A model generated the notes under the pieces. That model was given only the letters and a program-made list of their open reading frames with translations, was not told where the DNA came from and ran no database searches. Shown piece after piece: positions 1 through 9,369 of a DNA stretch of 53,370 bases. The stretch is from Spirochaetaceae bacterium (GTDB lineage: Bacteria; Spirochaetota; Spirochaetia; PWKH01), in the NCBI GenBank assembly GCA_003559765.1, contig PWKH01000049.1, positions 1 to 53,370 of the forward strand, read 5' to 3'. Every line of letters begins with the position of its first letter. The first letter of the stretch is position 1. The position numbers were made by a program, and so were the translations under genes.

Positions 1-740
1 AAGTCGAGTATGCCGGCATGATGGAATATGACGGAGATCTGCATGTTCCCAGGCAGTATCTGGTCGCTCCTCCGACGATCACCCGAACCATGGCCGAGTT
101 TCTCTGCGCATCAAAGGTGCCGCAGTTCTCCATCAGCGAAACCCAGAAATACGGGCATGTGACCTATTTCTTCAACGGCAACCGCAGCGGAAAGTTTGAT
201 CCCGCCCTGGAGGACTATGTGGAGATCACCAGTGATATTCTTCCCTTTGAACAGCGGCCGTGGATGAAATGCGCTGAGATTGCCGACCGGATGATTGAGG
301 AGCTTGAGAAAGGGAAGTACGATTTTTACAAACTGAATTTCCCCAACGGAGATATGGTCGGACATACCGGGATTTTTCAGGCGGTGGTCTGCTCCCTGGA
401 GGCAATGGATCTGCAGATCGGCAGGATTCTGAAGGCTGTGGAGAAGGCCGGGGGAGTAATGGTGCTGAGTGCTGATCACGGAAACTCTGATGATATGTAC
501 GAGCACCAGGAGAAAACCGGGGAACTGGTCATGCGTCCTGATGGAAAGCCGAAGGCGAAGACCTCCCATTCCCTCAATCCGGTGCCTAGCATTATCTATG
601 ATCCCGGATACCATGGCGACTACCAGTTGGAACTGAAGGAGGGGTTAGGAATCAGCTCACTTGCGGCAACCTGCATCGAACTGCTGGGCTTTGAGCCCCC
701 GGAGGATTACGATCCGAGTGTGATCACCTGGAAGCAATAG
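1..740 (+). CDS. gpmI: 2,3-bisphosphoglycerate-independent phosphoglycerate mutase, 5'-partial
   Basis: ETQKYGHVTYFFNG, NFPNGDMVGHTG, ADHGN and HSLNPVP metal-binding motifs; the frame is open back to the window edge (first full codon at 3). Confidence 0.95.
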   Translation, partial: VEYAGMMEYDGDLHVPRQYLVAPPTITRTMAEFLCASKVPQFSISETQKYGHVTYFFNGNRSGKFDPALEDYVEITSDILPFEQRPWMKCAEIADRMIEELEKGKYDFYKLNFPNGDMVGHTGIFQAVVCSLEAMDLQIGRILKAVEKAGGVMVLSADHGNSDDMYEHQEKTGELVMRPDGKPKAKTSHSLNPVPSIIYDPGYHGDYQLELKEGLGISSLAATCIELLGFEPPEDYDPSVITWKQ

Positions 741-744
741 ACCG

Positions 745-1539
745 TTACCGGGCAGTGCCGCTGCCGGGATCGGAAGCGGGCTGCCGGTTTATCAGTTTGT
801 CCACGTGCCGGGAGATGCTGCGGGTCAGGCCGACCTGGTCCAGGTTGTCCTTGATCAGGGGGAAGTGGGAGCCGTGGATATTAATGGCAGTTCCGGTATC
901 CCCGGACTTTACAGCCTCGATGATGCGGCGGTGCACCCCCGCCAGGGCCGTATAGTCCGTATAGCTTTCGTGGGTTTTCTCCATCTCCTCCATGGTGAAA
1001 TGCTTCAGCAGATCGTACATGGAGATAAACAGCGAATTGCCCGTCTCATTGATTAGGATCCGATGAAACTCGTAGTCGGCAAGCAGGATGTCCTCATAGC
1101 AGTCCCGATGCACCGCATCCTCCATCTTTTCGGTCTGCTCCTCCAGGCGGCTGACAGCCTGCTGAGCTTCCACGGGCTGATCCTTGCATTTCCGCATGAG
1201 CTGGTAGACCCCCCGCTGTTCAAACACTTCCCGCAGTTCCAGGATCTCATCAATGAACCGCGGCTCCATCAAAGTGAACCAGGTGAAAAACTCCATGGCG
1301 ATATTCGAGGACCTGCAGACGAACGTCCCTTTGGGAACCTTCGTTTCAAGTATTCCGAGATACTGGAACACTTTTATCGCCTCCCGGATTGAGGAGCGTC
1401 CGATTCCGAACCGTTCCGCCAGCTCATGTTCTGTGGGCAGTTTGTCCCCCGGCTGGTACTGATCCGACATCACCAACTCCTTGATCCGAAGCATCGCTTC
1501 AGTCACTACCGAATTCCGTCTGATGTGATCCTCACTCAT
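745..1539 (-). CDS. GntR family (FadR subfamily) transcriptional regulator
   Basis: N-terminal wHTH PGDKLPTEHELAERFGIGRSSIREA and FCD-like C-domain (ADYEFHRIL, HRRIIEAV). Start set at ATG 1539 behind AGGAG; an in-frame ATG at 1686 is an alternative. Confidence 0.9.
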   Translation of the reverse strand: MSEDHIRRNSVVTEAMLRIKELVMSDQYQPGDKLPTEHELAERFGIGRSSIREAIKVFQYLGILETKVPKGTFVCRSSNIAMEFFTWFTLMEPRFIDEILELREVFEQRGVYQLMRKCKDQPVEAQQAVSRLEEQTEKMEDAVHRDCYEDILLADYEFHRILINETGNSLFISMYDLLKHFTMEEMEKTHESYTDYTALAGVHRRIIEAVKSGDTGTAINIHGSHFPLIKDNLDQVGLTRSISRHVDKLINRQPASDPGSGTAR

Positions 1540-1687
1540 ACCTGTCGGCTCCTTCCTGTGTATTCCTCCGGCTGTAAAACCTGTCCGCTCAGCAGGGCTT
1601 TCTCTCATGGAATCATGTGCTTTCTGCAGAGTCTGCTGCCCCGGAAATGCTTCTGATGACGCGTCTGCAGATGACCGATACTGCATG

Positions 1688-1729
1688 ATTATATGATATT
1701 TTTCTGACAAATGTAATTCTCTGACAGCA
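1688..1729 (-). promoter_or_regulatory. gntR promoter (-10 TATAAT) overlapped by two FadR-type operator-like sites
   Basis: Minus-strand TATAAT at 1693-1688; ATTTTTCTGACAAAT (1698-1712) and AATTCTCTGACAGCA (1715-1729) share the TCTGA(C/T)A core with the site at 1865-1879. Confidence 0.55.
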
Positions 1730-1827
1730 AGTTTTTGCTGCAGGTATTCCTGGAGCATCGATCGAATCAGAACCGGAAGATTTCCGGCCGGAGAGAATCC
1801 CTACCGGTTTAATGGATAAAAATGTTG

Positions 1828-1879
1828 TTGACAACGGCAGGGGGCTGTGAGAATATAAAATTCTAATTATCAGACAATT
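1828..1879 (+). promoter_or_regulatory. Sugar operon promoter (-35 TTGACA) and palindromic FadR-type operator AATTATCAGACAATT
   Basis: TTGACA at 1828-1833, AT-rich -10-like region at about 1851-1861, and a 15-bp near-perfect palindrome (1865-1879) resembling FadR/PdhR/LldR-type boxes. Confidence 0.65.
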
Positions 1880-1904
1880 AAATCTAGTATGTGTGGAGTT
1901 TGCC

Positions 1905-2702
1905 ATGGATGAACGAGTTGCAATGGTTACGGGTGCCGCACAGGGTGTCGGTGAAGGAGTGGTGAAACGCCTGCTTCGCGATGGCATTAAACAGCTGGTT
2001 ATAGTTGACCGCAACGGGGAGAAGCTGGAACAAATAGCTGATTCTCTCCGCTCCGACGGAGCCCGGGACGTGCTTACTGTTACTGCGGATTTATCTGATG
2101 TGCAGGAATGTGAACGGGCTGTGCGGGAGACTGAGGAGAAGTTCGGCCGCCTGGATTACTTGAGCAACTGCGCCGGGTCAACAGAGCGGGGAGGAATCCT
2201 GGACGCATCGCCTGAAACCTTCGAACGGGTTTTCGCAATCAATACCAGGGCGACCTTTTTCATGATCCAGCATGCGGCAAAGCTGATGAAGCAGCGGAAA
2301 TACGGGTCCATCGTCAGTATCACCAGCATGCATGCCTACGGAGGAGTTCCTTTTCTTGCCGTGTACGGCGCATCCAAGGCGGCGTTAGTTGCTCTGACGA
2401 AGAATGCCGCGAACACCCTCCGGCATTACGGCATCCGGGTGAATGCCATCAATCTCGGATGGGTCGTCACCCCTGCGGAGCATGAGGTGCAGACGAAGTA
2501 TCACGGAAAACCTGAGAAATGGTATGAAATTGCCGGGAAGCGTCAGCCCTTCGGGAGACTGCTGTTTCCGGAGGATGTCGGCGGACTGATTTCTTACCTG
2601 TTCTCCAAGGAAGCGGAAATCATGACCGGGAGCATCATCGACTTTGAACAGTTTGTCAACGGCGCAATCGATGAAGGGGAGTATGTAGCCAAGGAAGACT
2701 AG
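1905..2702 (+). CDS. Short-chain dehydrogenase/reductase (putative sugar/polyol dehydrogenase)
   Basis: TGAAQGVG Rossmann motif, NCAG, catalytic YGASK; ATG 1905 follows GGAG. Confidence 0.92.
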   Translation: MDERVAMVTGAAQGVGEGVVKRLLRDGIKQLVIVDRNGEKLEQIADSLRSDGARDVLTVTADLSDVQECERAVRETEEKFGRLDYLSNCAGSTERGGILDASPETFERVFAINTRATFFMIQHAAKLMKQRKYGSIVSITSMHAYGGVPFLAVYGASKAALVALTKNAANTLRHYGIRVNAINLGWVVTPAEHEVQTKYHGKPEKWYEIAGKRQPFGRLLFPEDVGGLISYLFSKEAEIMTGSIIDFEQFVNGAIDEGEYVAKED

Positions 2703-2751
2703 CACGGAACAGACAGTTTGTATCGTAATCCTGCATGATGAGGAGTGAGCG

Positions 2752-4263
2752 TTGAACGGAGATACACTGCTTAAGATGAAGGACATCTCAAAATCATTTC
2801 CCGGGGTTCGTGCTCTTGACGGGGTAGATTTTGATGTAAACGAGGGTGAAATCGTCGCCCTGGTCGGCGAAAACGGTGCAGGGAAATCAACCCTGATAAA
2901 AATCCTTGCAGGGATATATCAGCGGGACAGCGGAAAGATTATCATCAGCGGCGAAGAGGTCCATCCTGATAATCCGGGGGACTCCATCAACCTGGGCATC
3001 AGCGTGATCCATCAGGAACTGAACCTGGTTCCTGAGATGAATATTCTTGAAAACATATTTCTCGGACAGGAAATCCGCTCCTCCTCCGGCCTCGGCAGAA
3101 TGCTGCGGCGGCTGGATGCGAATGCGATGAAGCTCAAAACCCAGCAGACGCTGAAGCGGCTGGGCGTCTCGATGGATCCTTTTACTCCGATTAAGGAGCT
3201 GAGCGTAGCACAGCAGCAGCTGGTGGAGATAGCCAAAGCGCTTTCCTTGAATGCGCGGATTCTGGTGATGGATGAGCCGACCTCCTCCCTGGCGGAGAAG
3301 GATGTGGATTCGCTGCTTGAGCTGATGAAGACCCTGCGGGAGCAGGGAGTGACCATTGTGTTTATTACCCATCGCCTTGATGAGGTCTTTAAAATTGCCG
3401 ACCGGGCTGTAGTGCTGCGTGACGGCAAAAGCGTCGGTCAGAAGCACATCAAGGATACGACAAAAGAGGAGATCATCAGCATGATGGTCGGCCGGGTACT
3501 GGACCAGCTGTTCCCGAAAATAGAAATAGACATCGGCAATCCGGTACTGGAGGTAAAGAACCTGAACCGGGGAAGGCTGGTGAGGAATGTCGAATTCGAA
3601 ATCCGGCAGGGAGAAATTGTCGGGCTTTCCGGTCTGGTGGGATCCGGGCGGACGGAAATGGCCAGGGCGCTCTTCGGGATTGACAAGCGGGATTCAGGGG
3701 ATTTTCTCATCGACGGGGAACCGGTGCAGCTGGATTCCCCGAGAAGATCCATCAGGGCCGGCATCGGATTTGTTCCTGAAGACAGGAAGAGTCAGGGCCT
3801 GATTCTCAGAATGGCTATTTATCAGAATATGACCCTCCCCTCCATTCATGAATATACCTCCATGGGATATCTCAACCGCAGAGAGGAGCTGAAGACCACC
3901 CAGCGGTTCATCAAGGACCTGCAGATCAGGACCACCGGACCGAAGGCGATCGTCCATTTCCTCAGCGGAGGGAACCAGCAGAAGGTGGTCCTCGGAAAAT
4001 GGCTGGCCATGAATCCGAAAATCCTCATCCTTGATGAACCGACCAGGGGGGTGGATGTAGGCGCGAAGGCGGAGATCCATGCGCTGATCAGCCGATTTGC
4101 TCAGCAGGGAATGGGTATCCTGCTGATCAGTTCGGAGCTTCCGGAAATTCTGGGAATGTGCGACCGGGTCCTGGTGATGTCCCAGGGAACGATTGTGGCA
4201 AACTACGGTCGTGAAGATGCTACTCAGGAAAACATAATGAAAAAGGCGGTAGGTACGGTATGA
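2752..4263 (+). CDS. Sugar ABC transporter ATP-binding protein (CUT2, RbsA/MglA type, two ABC domains)
   Basis: GENGAGKS Walker A, DEPT twice, LSGGNQQK signature; TTG start after AGGAG. Confidence 0.95.
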   Translation: MNGDTLLKMKDISKSFPGVRALDGVDFDVNEGEIVALVGENGAGKSTLIKILAGIYQRDSGKIIISGEEVHPDNPGDSINLGISVIHQELNLVPEMNILENIFLGQEIRSSSGLGRMLRRLDANAMKLKTQQTLKRLGVSMDPFTPIKELSVAQQQLVEIAKALSLNARILVMDEPTSSLAEKDVDSLLELMKTLREQGVTIVFITHRLDEVFKIADRAVVLRDGKSVGQKHIKDTTKEEIISMMVGRVLDQLFPKIEIDIGNPVLEVKNLNRGRLVRNVEFEIRQGEIVGLSGLVGSGRTEMARALFGIDKRDSGDFLIDGEPVQLDSPRRSIRAGIGFVPEDRKSQGLILRMAIYQNMTLPSIHEYTSMGYLNRREELKTTQRFIKDLQIRTTGPKAIVHFLSGGNQQKVVLGKWLAMNPKILILDEPTRGVDVGAKAEIHALISRFAQQGMGILLISSELPEILGMCDRVLVMSQGTIVANYGREDATQENIMKKAVGTV

Positions 4264-5273
4264 GCAAAAAGAGTGCAGGATTGCATGCTGCCCCGCTTGC
4301 CCGGATCGGCCGGGGAGTCAGGAAGTTCTTTCGGCTGCGTGAGTCGGTGGCCCTGGTGCTGCTGGTTATATTTGCGTTTCTCGTCTACCTGATAAACCCG
4401 AGGTTTCTCTCGGCGTACAACCTTCAGAGCCTCGCCCGGCAGATTGCCATCTTCGGATTCCCCGCAATTGCCGCGACCCTGATCATCATCAGCGCCGGCA
4501 TTGATCTGTCCTTCGGCTCGATGATCGCCTTCTACGGGGTGATTGCCGGCATGCTGATGGAGTCGGGTTTCGGGGTAGGGACCACCGTTGCCGCGGTGCT
4601 GGCCCTCGGGATGATGGTGGGACTGTACCACGGGTCCATGATCTCCATCGTAAAGCTGAGCCCGTTTATCGTCACACTGGCATCGCTGAGTATATTCCGC
4701 GGAATTGCGGTAATCAGCACCAGAGGATATCCGGTGCGCATTACTGAGGAGGGGTTTCTCTGGATCGGACAGGAGTTCATCTTCGGAATTCCCGTTCCCT
4801 TCGTACTGTTCATCCTTACTACCCTGGTGTTTCACTACCTGCTGAACTACACAGCCTTCGGCAAGCATCTCTACGCCATCGGCGGGAATCCCGAGGCGGC
4901 CCACCTGTCAGGTATTTCCCATAAAAAAACCATCATTATGGTATATATGATTGCCGGAGCACTGACTGCATTCGGGGCAATCATCATGGCCAGCAGACTG
5001 GCCCAGGGAATGCCCGGTATTGCCAGGGCCTACGAGCTTCGCATTATTGCATCTGCAGTCATCGGAGGCACCAGCCTCTACGGAGGAGTCGGAACAGTCT
5101 TCGGGGCCGTCCTCGGAGCCTCCCTGCTGGCGCTAATCGAGAATATGCTGGTGCTCTCCCGGGTTGATTCCTGGTGGAACGATGTAGTGATCGGGGTGGT
5201 CATCGTCATCGCTGTCTGGGTCGATGTGGTTGCCACCCGCCGCAGACTGAATGTAAAACTTCATGGGAAATAA
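4260..5273 (+). CDS. Sugar ABC transporter permease (RbsC-like)
   Basis: GIDLSFGS, PFIVTLA, FGKHLYAIGGNPEAAHLSGI, SAVIGGTSL.GG.G motifs; ATGA overlap with the ATPase. Confidence 0.93.
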   Translation: MSKKSAGLHAAPLARIGRGVRKFFRLRESVALVLLVIFAFLVYLINPRFLSAYNLQSLARQIAIFGFPAIAATLIIISAGIDLSFGSMIAFYGVIAGMLMESGFGVGTTVAAVLALGMMVGLYHGSMISIVKLSPFIVTLASLSIFRGIAVISTRGYPVRITEEGFLWIGQEFIFGIPVPFVLFILTTLVFHYLLNYTAFGKHLYAIGGNPEAAHLSGISHKKTIIMVYMIAGALTAFGAIIMASRLAQGMPGIARAYELRIIASAVIGGTSLYGGVGTVFGAVLGASLLALIENMLVLSRVDSWWNDVVIGVVIVIAVWVDVVATRRRLNVKLHGK

Positions 5274-5282
5274 GGTGGCGCT

Positions 5283-6266
5283 ATGGCAGGAAATGAAAAA
5301 AAAGAAATAAAGCTGCTCAGGATTGCAGGCAGGCTTCGCGGGACGCGGGAACTCAACTTGATCGTAATCATCGCAGCGGTGTCTGTAGTTATTAACATAT
5401 TCCAGCCGACCTTTCTCACCCGCTTCAACGTCCAGGTGATATCCCGGCAGCTGGCAGTCTTCGGTCTGCTCTCAATTGCCCAGACGTTTGTCATCATTGT
5501 GCTGGGGATTGACCTTTCGGTAGGTTCCATCGTTGCATTCACCGGAATCATTACCGCTATGGTGTTCGCCGCAACAGAGAACGTGGTGCTGGCAGTGGGA
5601 GCCGCCCTGGGCTTCGCCCTGGTTATCGGGTTCTATCACGGGATACTGGTTACCAAGGTGAAGATGGCGCCCTTTGTCGTAACCCTGGGATCCCTTTCCA
5701 TCTTTCGGGGGCTCTCCTTTGTACTCTCCCGGGGATATCCCATACTGATCCGAAGTCCGAGAATCCAATGGCTGGGGCAGGGGCTGATTGGACCTTTCCC
5801 GGTTCCCCTGGTGATTCTGTTCGCTGTGGTGATCTACACGGTGTTCATCCTGCATTTCTCCAAACTCGGGCGATATATCTACACCATCGGCGGAAACCCG
5901 GTAGCAGCCCGGATGTCCGGTGTTCCTGTGAATGCTGTGATCATCTACGTGTTCTGCCAGGCGACCCTGCTTGCCAGCATCGTCGGTCTGATCGTTGCCG
6001 GAAGGATGGCCCAGGGACTGGCGAGCGTCGCCGCCGGGTATGAGCTGACGGCAGTAGCCGGTGCGGTAATCGGCGGAACCAGTTTCCTAGGCGGACAGGG
6101 CACGGTGATCGGGACGGTCTTTGGAGCCCTGGTGATGAGCATGATCGGAAATGTGCTGATCACCCTGCGGGTTGACGCCTACTGGTACAATCTGGTCACC
6201 GGTCTGATCATCATTATCGTAGTAGCTGCAGATACCCTGCTGGCGAAGCGGTCAAAGAGAAATTAA
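5283..6266 (+). CDS. Second sugar ABC transporter permease (RbsC-like)
   Basis: GIDLSVGS, PFVVTLG, GRYIYTIGGNPVAARMSGV, GAVIGGTSF.GG.G motifs. Confidence 0.93.
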   Translation: MAGNEKKEIKLLRIAGRLRGTRELNLIVIIAAVSVVINIFQPTFLTRFNVQVISRQLAVFGLLSIAQTFVIIVLGIDLSVGSIVAFTGIITAMVFAATENVVLAVGAALGFALVIGFYHGILVTKVKMAPFVVTLGSLSIFRGLSFVLSRGYPILIRSPRIQWLGQGLIGPFPVPLVILFAVVIYTVFILHFSKLGRYIYTIGGNPVAARMSGVPVNAVIIYVFCQATLLASIVGLIVAGRMAQGLASVAAGYELTAVAGAVIGGTSFLGGQGTVIGTVFGALVMSMIGNVLITLRVDAYWYNLVTGLIIIIVVAADTLLAKRSKRN

Positions 6267-6421
6267 CTCAAAAAAGAATACAAAAGGGGGTGATGAAAGA
6301 GCAGAAAAAAAGGATCTCGACAGGCTGCAGGGGACTTTGTCTGTGATGCAAACCGCCCTGGGGAGTAGCGCAATTGTTCCGTTAGGTCATGAGACTTCCA
6401 TTAATCATAAGGAGGTTATTA

Positions 6422-8380
6422 ATGGGAAATACAGGAAAAAAGCTGGCAGCAGTGCTCATACTGCTGTGTCTCGTTCCGGCAGCGGTGATGTCCCGAGGGG
6501 CTGCTGAACCTGCGCCTGAAGTAGAAAAGACATCGGGGTTCACCTTCGGGGGGCTCGGAAAGGTGATTCATCCCTACTGGGATGAAGTCGGAATGGGAGT
6601 CATAAACGCTGCCACGGTAGCCCAAAGTGAAGCGCTGTTTGAGAATCCAAGCGTCGAGGATGTTGCCCGCCAGGTCTCTGTCCTTGAAGGATATGTGGCC
6701 CAGGGACTGGACGGAATCGTGTTCGGCGCCTCTGATCCCGGCGCATTTGACCGGGTGGTAGGCGATGCGCAGCGCAACGGAATTCCGGTAATTACTTTTG
6801 ACTCCGACGCACCGGAAAGCGGAAGACTGGTCTACATCGGACCGGACAACTTTCACTCAGGATATCTGGCCGGTCAGAGAATGGCGGAAATCCTGGGAGG
6901 AGAAGGAAAGGTTGCTATCCAGGTCGGCTCCCTTACTGCTCTGAACGCTCTTGAGCGTATTGAGGGGTTCAAGGAAGGAATTGCCGGAACCAATATTGAA
7001 ATAGTGACTGAGGATGTGGACGGAGAGGACGCACAGGTCGCAAATGCGAATGCTGAGGCAATTCTCTCGGCCAATCCTGATCTGGACGGTTTCTACGGTG
7101 TGTACGCATACAACGGTCCTGCCCAGGCCCGGGCGGTGAAGGCCGCAGGGAAAGCTCCCGGTGAAATCGCCATTGTATGCTTTGATGCCCTTGATGAGAC
7201 CATTGAATTCATTGAAGAGGGATATATTGACTCAGCAATCGATCATCGGCAGTACAACTTCGGCTTTTTCTCCACCATGATTCTGTATGCCATGAATGTA
7301 TACGGCATTGACGATACCCTGGTGCTGCTCGGATTTGACCCTGATGCCGACCCGAAGGACAATATCCTGCATACTCCTACCTGGGTGATCACAGAAGCTG
7401 ATCTTGACGAATACAAGGTATGGCATGACGGGATATCCCAGGCGCCGGCAGAGGCTGAGAAAACCGGAGGATTTACCTTCGGCGGGCTCGGCAAGGTGAT
7501 CCATCCCTACTGGGATGAAGTCGGACAGGGAGTGATTAACGCTTCGGAAATGTCGGGATCTACCGGGCTGTTTGAGAACCCCAGCGTGGAGGATGTGGCA
7601 CGGCAGGTGTCTGTTCTGGAAGGCTATATCGCCCAGGGAGTGGACGGAATCGTATTCGGGGCATCCGACCCCGGCGCATTTGACCGGGTGGTCCGGGATG
7701 CGATGAACAGCGGCATTCCGGTAATCACCTTTGACTCCGACGCCCCCGGCAGCGGAAGACTGCTGTATATCGGTCCTGACAACCGCTACTCCGGGACACT
7801 CCTCGGAGAAAGAATGGTCGACATTCTGGACGGTTCGGGTGAAGTGGCGATCCAGGTAGGCTCCCTGACGGCCCTGAACGCCCTGGAGCGGATTGACGGG
7901 TTTAAGAGCGCTATTGACGGTTCGAATATCCGGGTTGTCGCTGAGGATGTGGACGGAGAGGACGCACAGGTTGCCAATGCTAACTCCGAGGCGATCCTTT
8001 CCAGCTGGCCCGGTCTGGACGGTTTCTACGGTGTCTATGCCTATAATGCTCCGGCTCAGGCACGGGCGGTACGCGCAGCAGGCAAGGATCCCGGAGAGGT
8101 GAAGGTGGTCGGATTTGACGCCCTCTCTGAGACCATCGATTTTATGGAAGACGGATGGATTGATTCTGTGGTGGATCACCGGCAGTACAACTTCGGATAC
8201 TTCGGCGTGATGGTGCTGCACATGATGAATGTCTACGGCGAGGATTACACCCAGTATCTCCTCGGATTTGATCCCGAAGCGGAACCTGCGGACAATATTC
8301 TGCCGATGCCTTCATACCTGATTTCGCTGGACAATCTGGCTGAATACCAGGAGTGGCACCGGTCAGTATTCGGCGACTGA
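6422..8380 (+). CDS. Sugar ABC substrate-binding protein with two tandem class I binding domains
   Basis: AAGGAGG before ATG 6422; signal peptide ending ...SRGAAE; two collinear Peripla_BP-like units (GIPVITFDSDAP, YIGPDN, ALERI.GF, FDAL). Confidence 0.92.
   Translation: MGNTGKKLAAVLILLCLVPAAVMSRGAAEPAPEVEKTSGFTFGGLGKVIHPYWDEVGMGVINAATVAQSEALFENPSVEDVARQVSVLEGYVAQGLDGIVFGASDPGAFDRVVGDAQRNGIPVITFDSDAPESGRLVYIGPDNFHSGYLAGQRMAEILGGEGKVAIQVGSLTALNALERIEGFKEGIAGTNIEIVTEDVDGEDAQVANANAEAILSANPDLDGFYGVYAYNGPAQARAVKAAGKAPGEIAIVCFDALDETIEFIEEGYIDSAIDHRQYNFGFFSTMILYAMNVYGIDDTLVLLGFDPDADPKDNILHTPTWVITEADLDEYKVWHDGISQAPAEAEKTGGFTFGGLGKVIHPYWDEVGQGVINASEMSGSTGLFENPSVEDVARQVSVLEGYIAQGVDGIVFGASDPGAFDRVVRDAMNSGIPVITFDSDAPGSGRLLYIGPDNRYSGTLLGERMVDILDGSGEVAIQVGSLTALNALERIDGFKSAIDGSNIRVVAEDVDGEDAQVANANSEAILSSWPGLDGFYGVYAYNAPAQARAVRAAGKDPGEVKVVGFDALSETIDFMEDGWIDSVVDHRQYNFGYFGVMVLHMMNVYGEDYTQYLLGFDPEAEPADNILPMPSYLISLDNLAEYQEWHRSVFGD
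6536..8377 (+). repeat. Intragenic tandem duplication, 933-nt period (6536-7468 and 7469-8377)
   Basis: CATCCCTACTGGGATGAAGTCGGA at 6569 and 7502; GAGGATGTGGACGGAGAGGACGCACAGGT identical in both units; gap-free protein alignment, roughly 70% identical by eye. Confidence 0.95.
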
Positions 8381-8412
8381 TGCTGCTTCGGCGGACAAGC
8401 TGATTATCACTC

Positions 8413-8440
8413 AGGGGGCACTGCTTTGGCGGTGCCTCCT
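8413..8440 (+). other. GC-rich stem-loop after the binding-protein gene, no U-tract (mRNA stabiliser or partial terminator)
   Basis: AGGGGGCACTGC-TTTG-GCGGTGCCTCCT: 12-bp stem with two G-U pairs. Confidence 0.5.
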
Positions 8441-8465
8441 GCTTGCATGAGTATGAGGAGGAATA

Positions 8466-9353
8466 ATGAACAAGCCGGAAATCCTGATTGATGCCCATGC
8501 AGTCCTAGCGGAAGGCCCCTGCTGGGATTCGGAACGCCGGGTGCTCTACTGGACTGACGGACTCGGTTCGAAAATCCACCGGTATCATTGGGATATCGGA
8601 AGGAATGAAACCATGGAACTGGACCAGTACGTCGGCTGCGTCGTTCCCCGCAAGGAGGGAGGACTCATTGCTGCTCTGCAGCACGGCATCTACCGAATTG
8701 ACGATCAGCTCTCGGAACTTGAACTGGTCAATGACATAGAGCGGGAAATTGAGAACAACCGCCTGAATGACGGAAAGTGCGACAGCAGGGGTCGGCTGTG
8801 GTTCGGCAGCATGTCCATGACGGCAAACCAGGAGGACCGGGAGTTTGAAGTTACCGGTTCCTTCTACTGCCTTGACCGGGACCTGCAGGTGCGCAAGCAG
8901 TTCGGCGGTGTCGGTATATCAAACGGCATTGCCTGGAACCGGGATGAGAGCGTGATGTACTACATTGATTCAGTCACCAATCAGGTAGCCGAGTTTCCCT
9001 TTGATCCCGACATCGGCATTACCGGAGAACGGAATACTGCAGTTGAGATTCCGAAGAAGGAGGGACTGCCCGACGGCATGACCATCGACGAGGAAGGAAT
9101 GCTGTGGGTCGCCCATTTTTTCGGCGGATGCGTCACCAGGTGGGACCCGCGGACAGGAAGGCAGCTTGCCAAACTGTCCCTCCCGGTAACCAATGTGACC
9201 TGCTGCGCCTTCGGAGGACCTGAACTAGATGAGCTTTTCATTACCACAGCCCGGATTGAACTGACCCCTGATCAGCTGAAACAGGAGCCCCATGCCGGTG
9301 CGGTGTTTGTCGCCAGACCGGGGGTGAGGGGAGCTGCCGCGAATTTCTGGTGA
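8466..9353 (+). CDS. SMP-30/gluconolactonase/LRE family protein (putative sugar lactonase)
   Basis: EGPCW, NDGKCD, SNGIAW and PDGMTID metal-binding motifs; SD GAGGAGG. Confidence 0.93.
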   Translation: MNKPEILIDAHAVLAEGPCWDSERRVLYWTDGLGSKIHRYHWDIGRNETMELDQYVGCVVPRKEGGLIAALQHGIYRIDDQLSELELVNDIEREIENNRLNDGKCDSRGRLWFGSMSMTANQEDREFEVTGSFYCLDRDLQVRKQFGGVGISNGIAWNRDESVMYYIDSVTNQVAEFPFDPDIGITGERNTAVEIPKKEGLPDGMTIDEEGMLWVAHFFGGCVTRWDPRTGRQLAKLSLPVTNVTCCAFGGPELDELFITTARIELTPDQLKQEPHAGAVFVARPGVRGAAANFW

Positions 9354-9369
9354 ATCTGCCGGGCAGCTG

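Noticed and set aside
6293-6346. 17-codon mini-ORF MKEQKKRISTGCRGLCL between permease 2 and the binding protein
   Set aside because: The ATG lies inside the SD-like GGGGGTGAT rather than downstream of it; no supporting feature, so chance is likely.
6536-8377. Repeat as an assembly artefact or CRISPR-like array
   Set aside because: The copies are diverged at many silent and replacement sites, in frame and gap-free, which fits an old coding duplication; no short spaced repeats exist.
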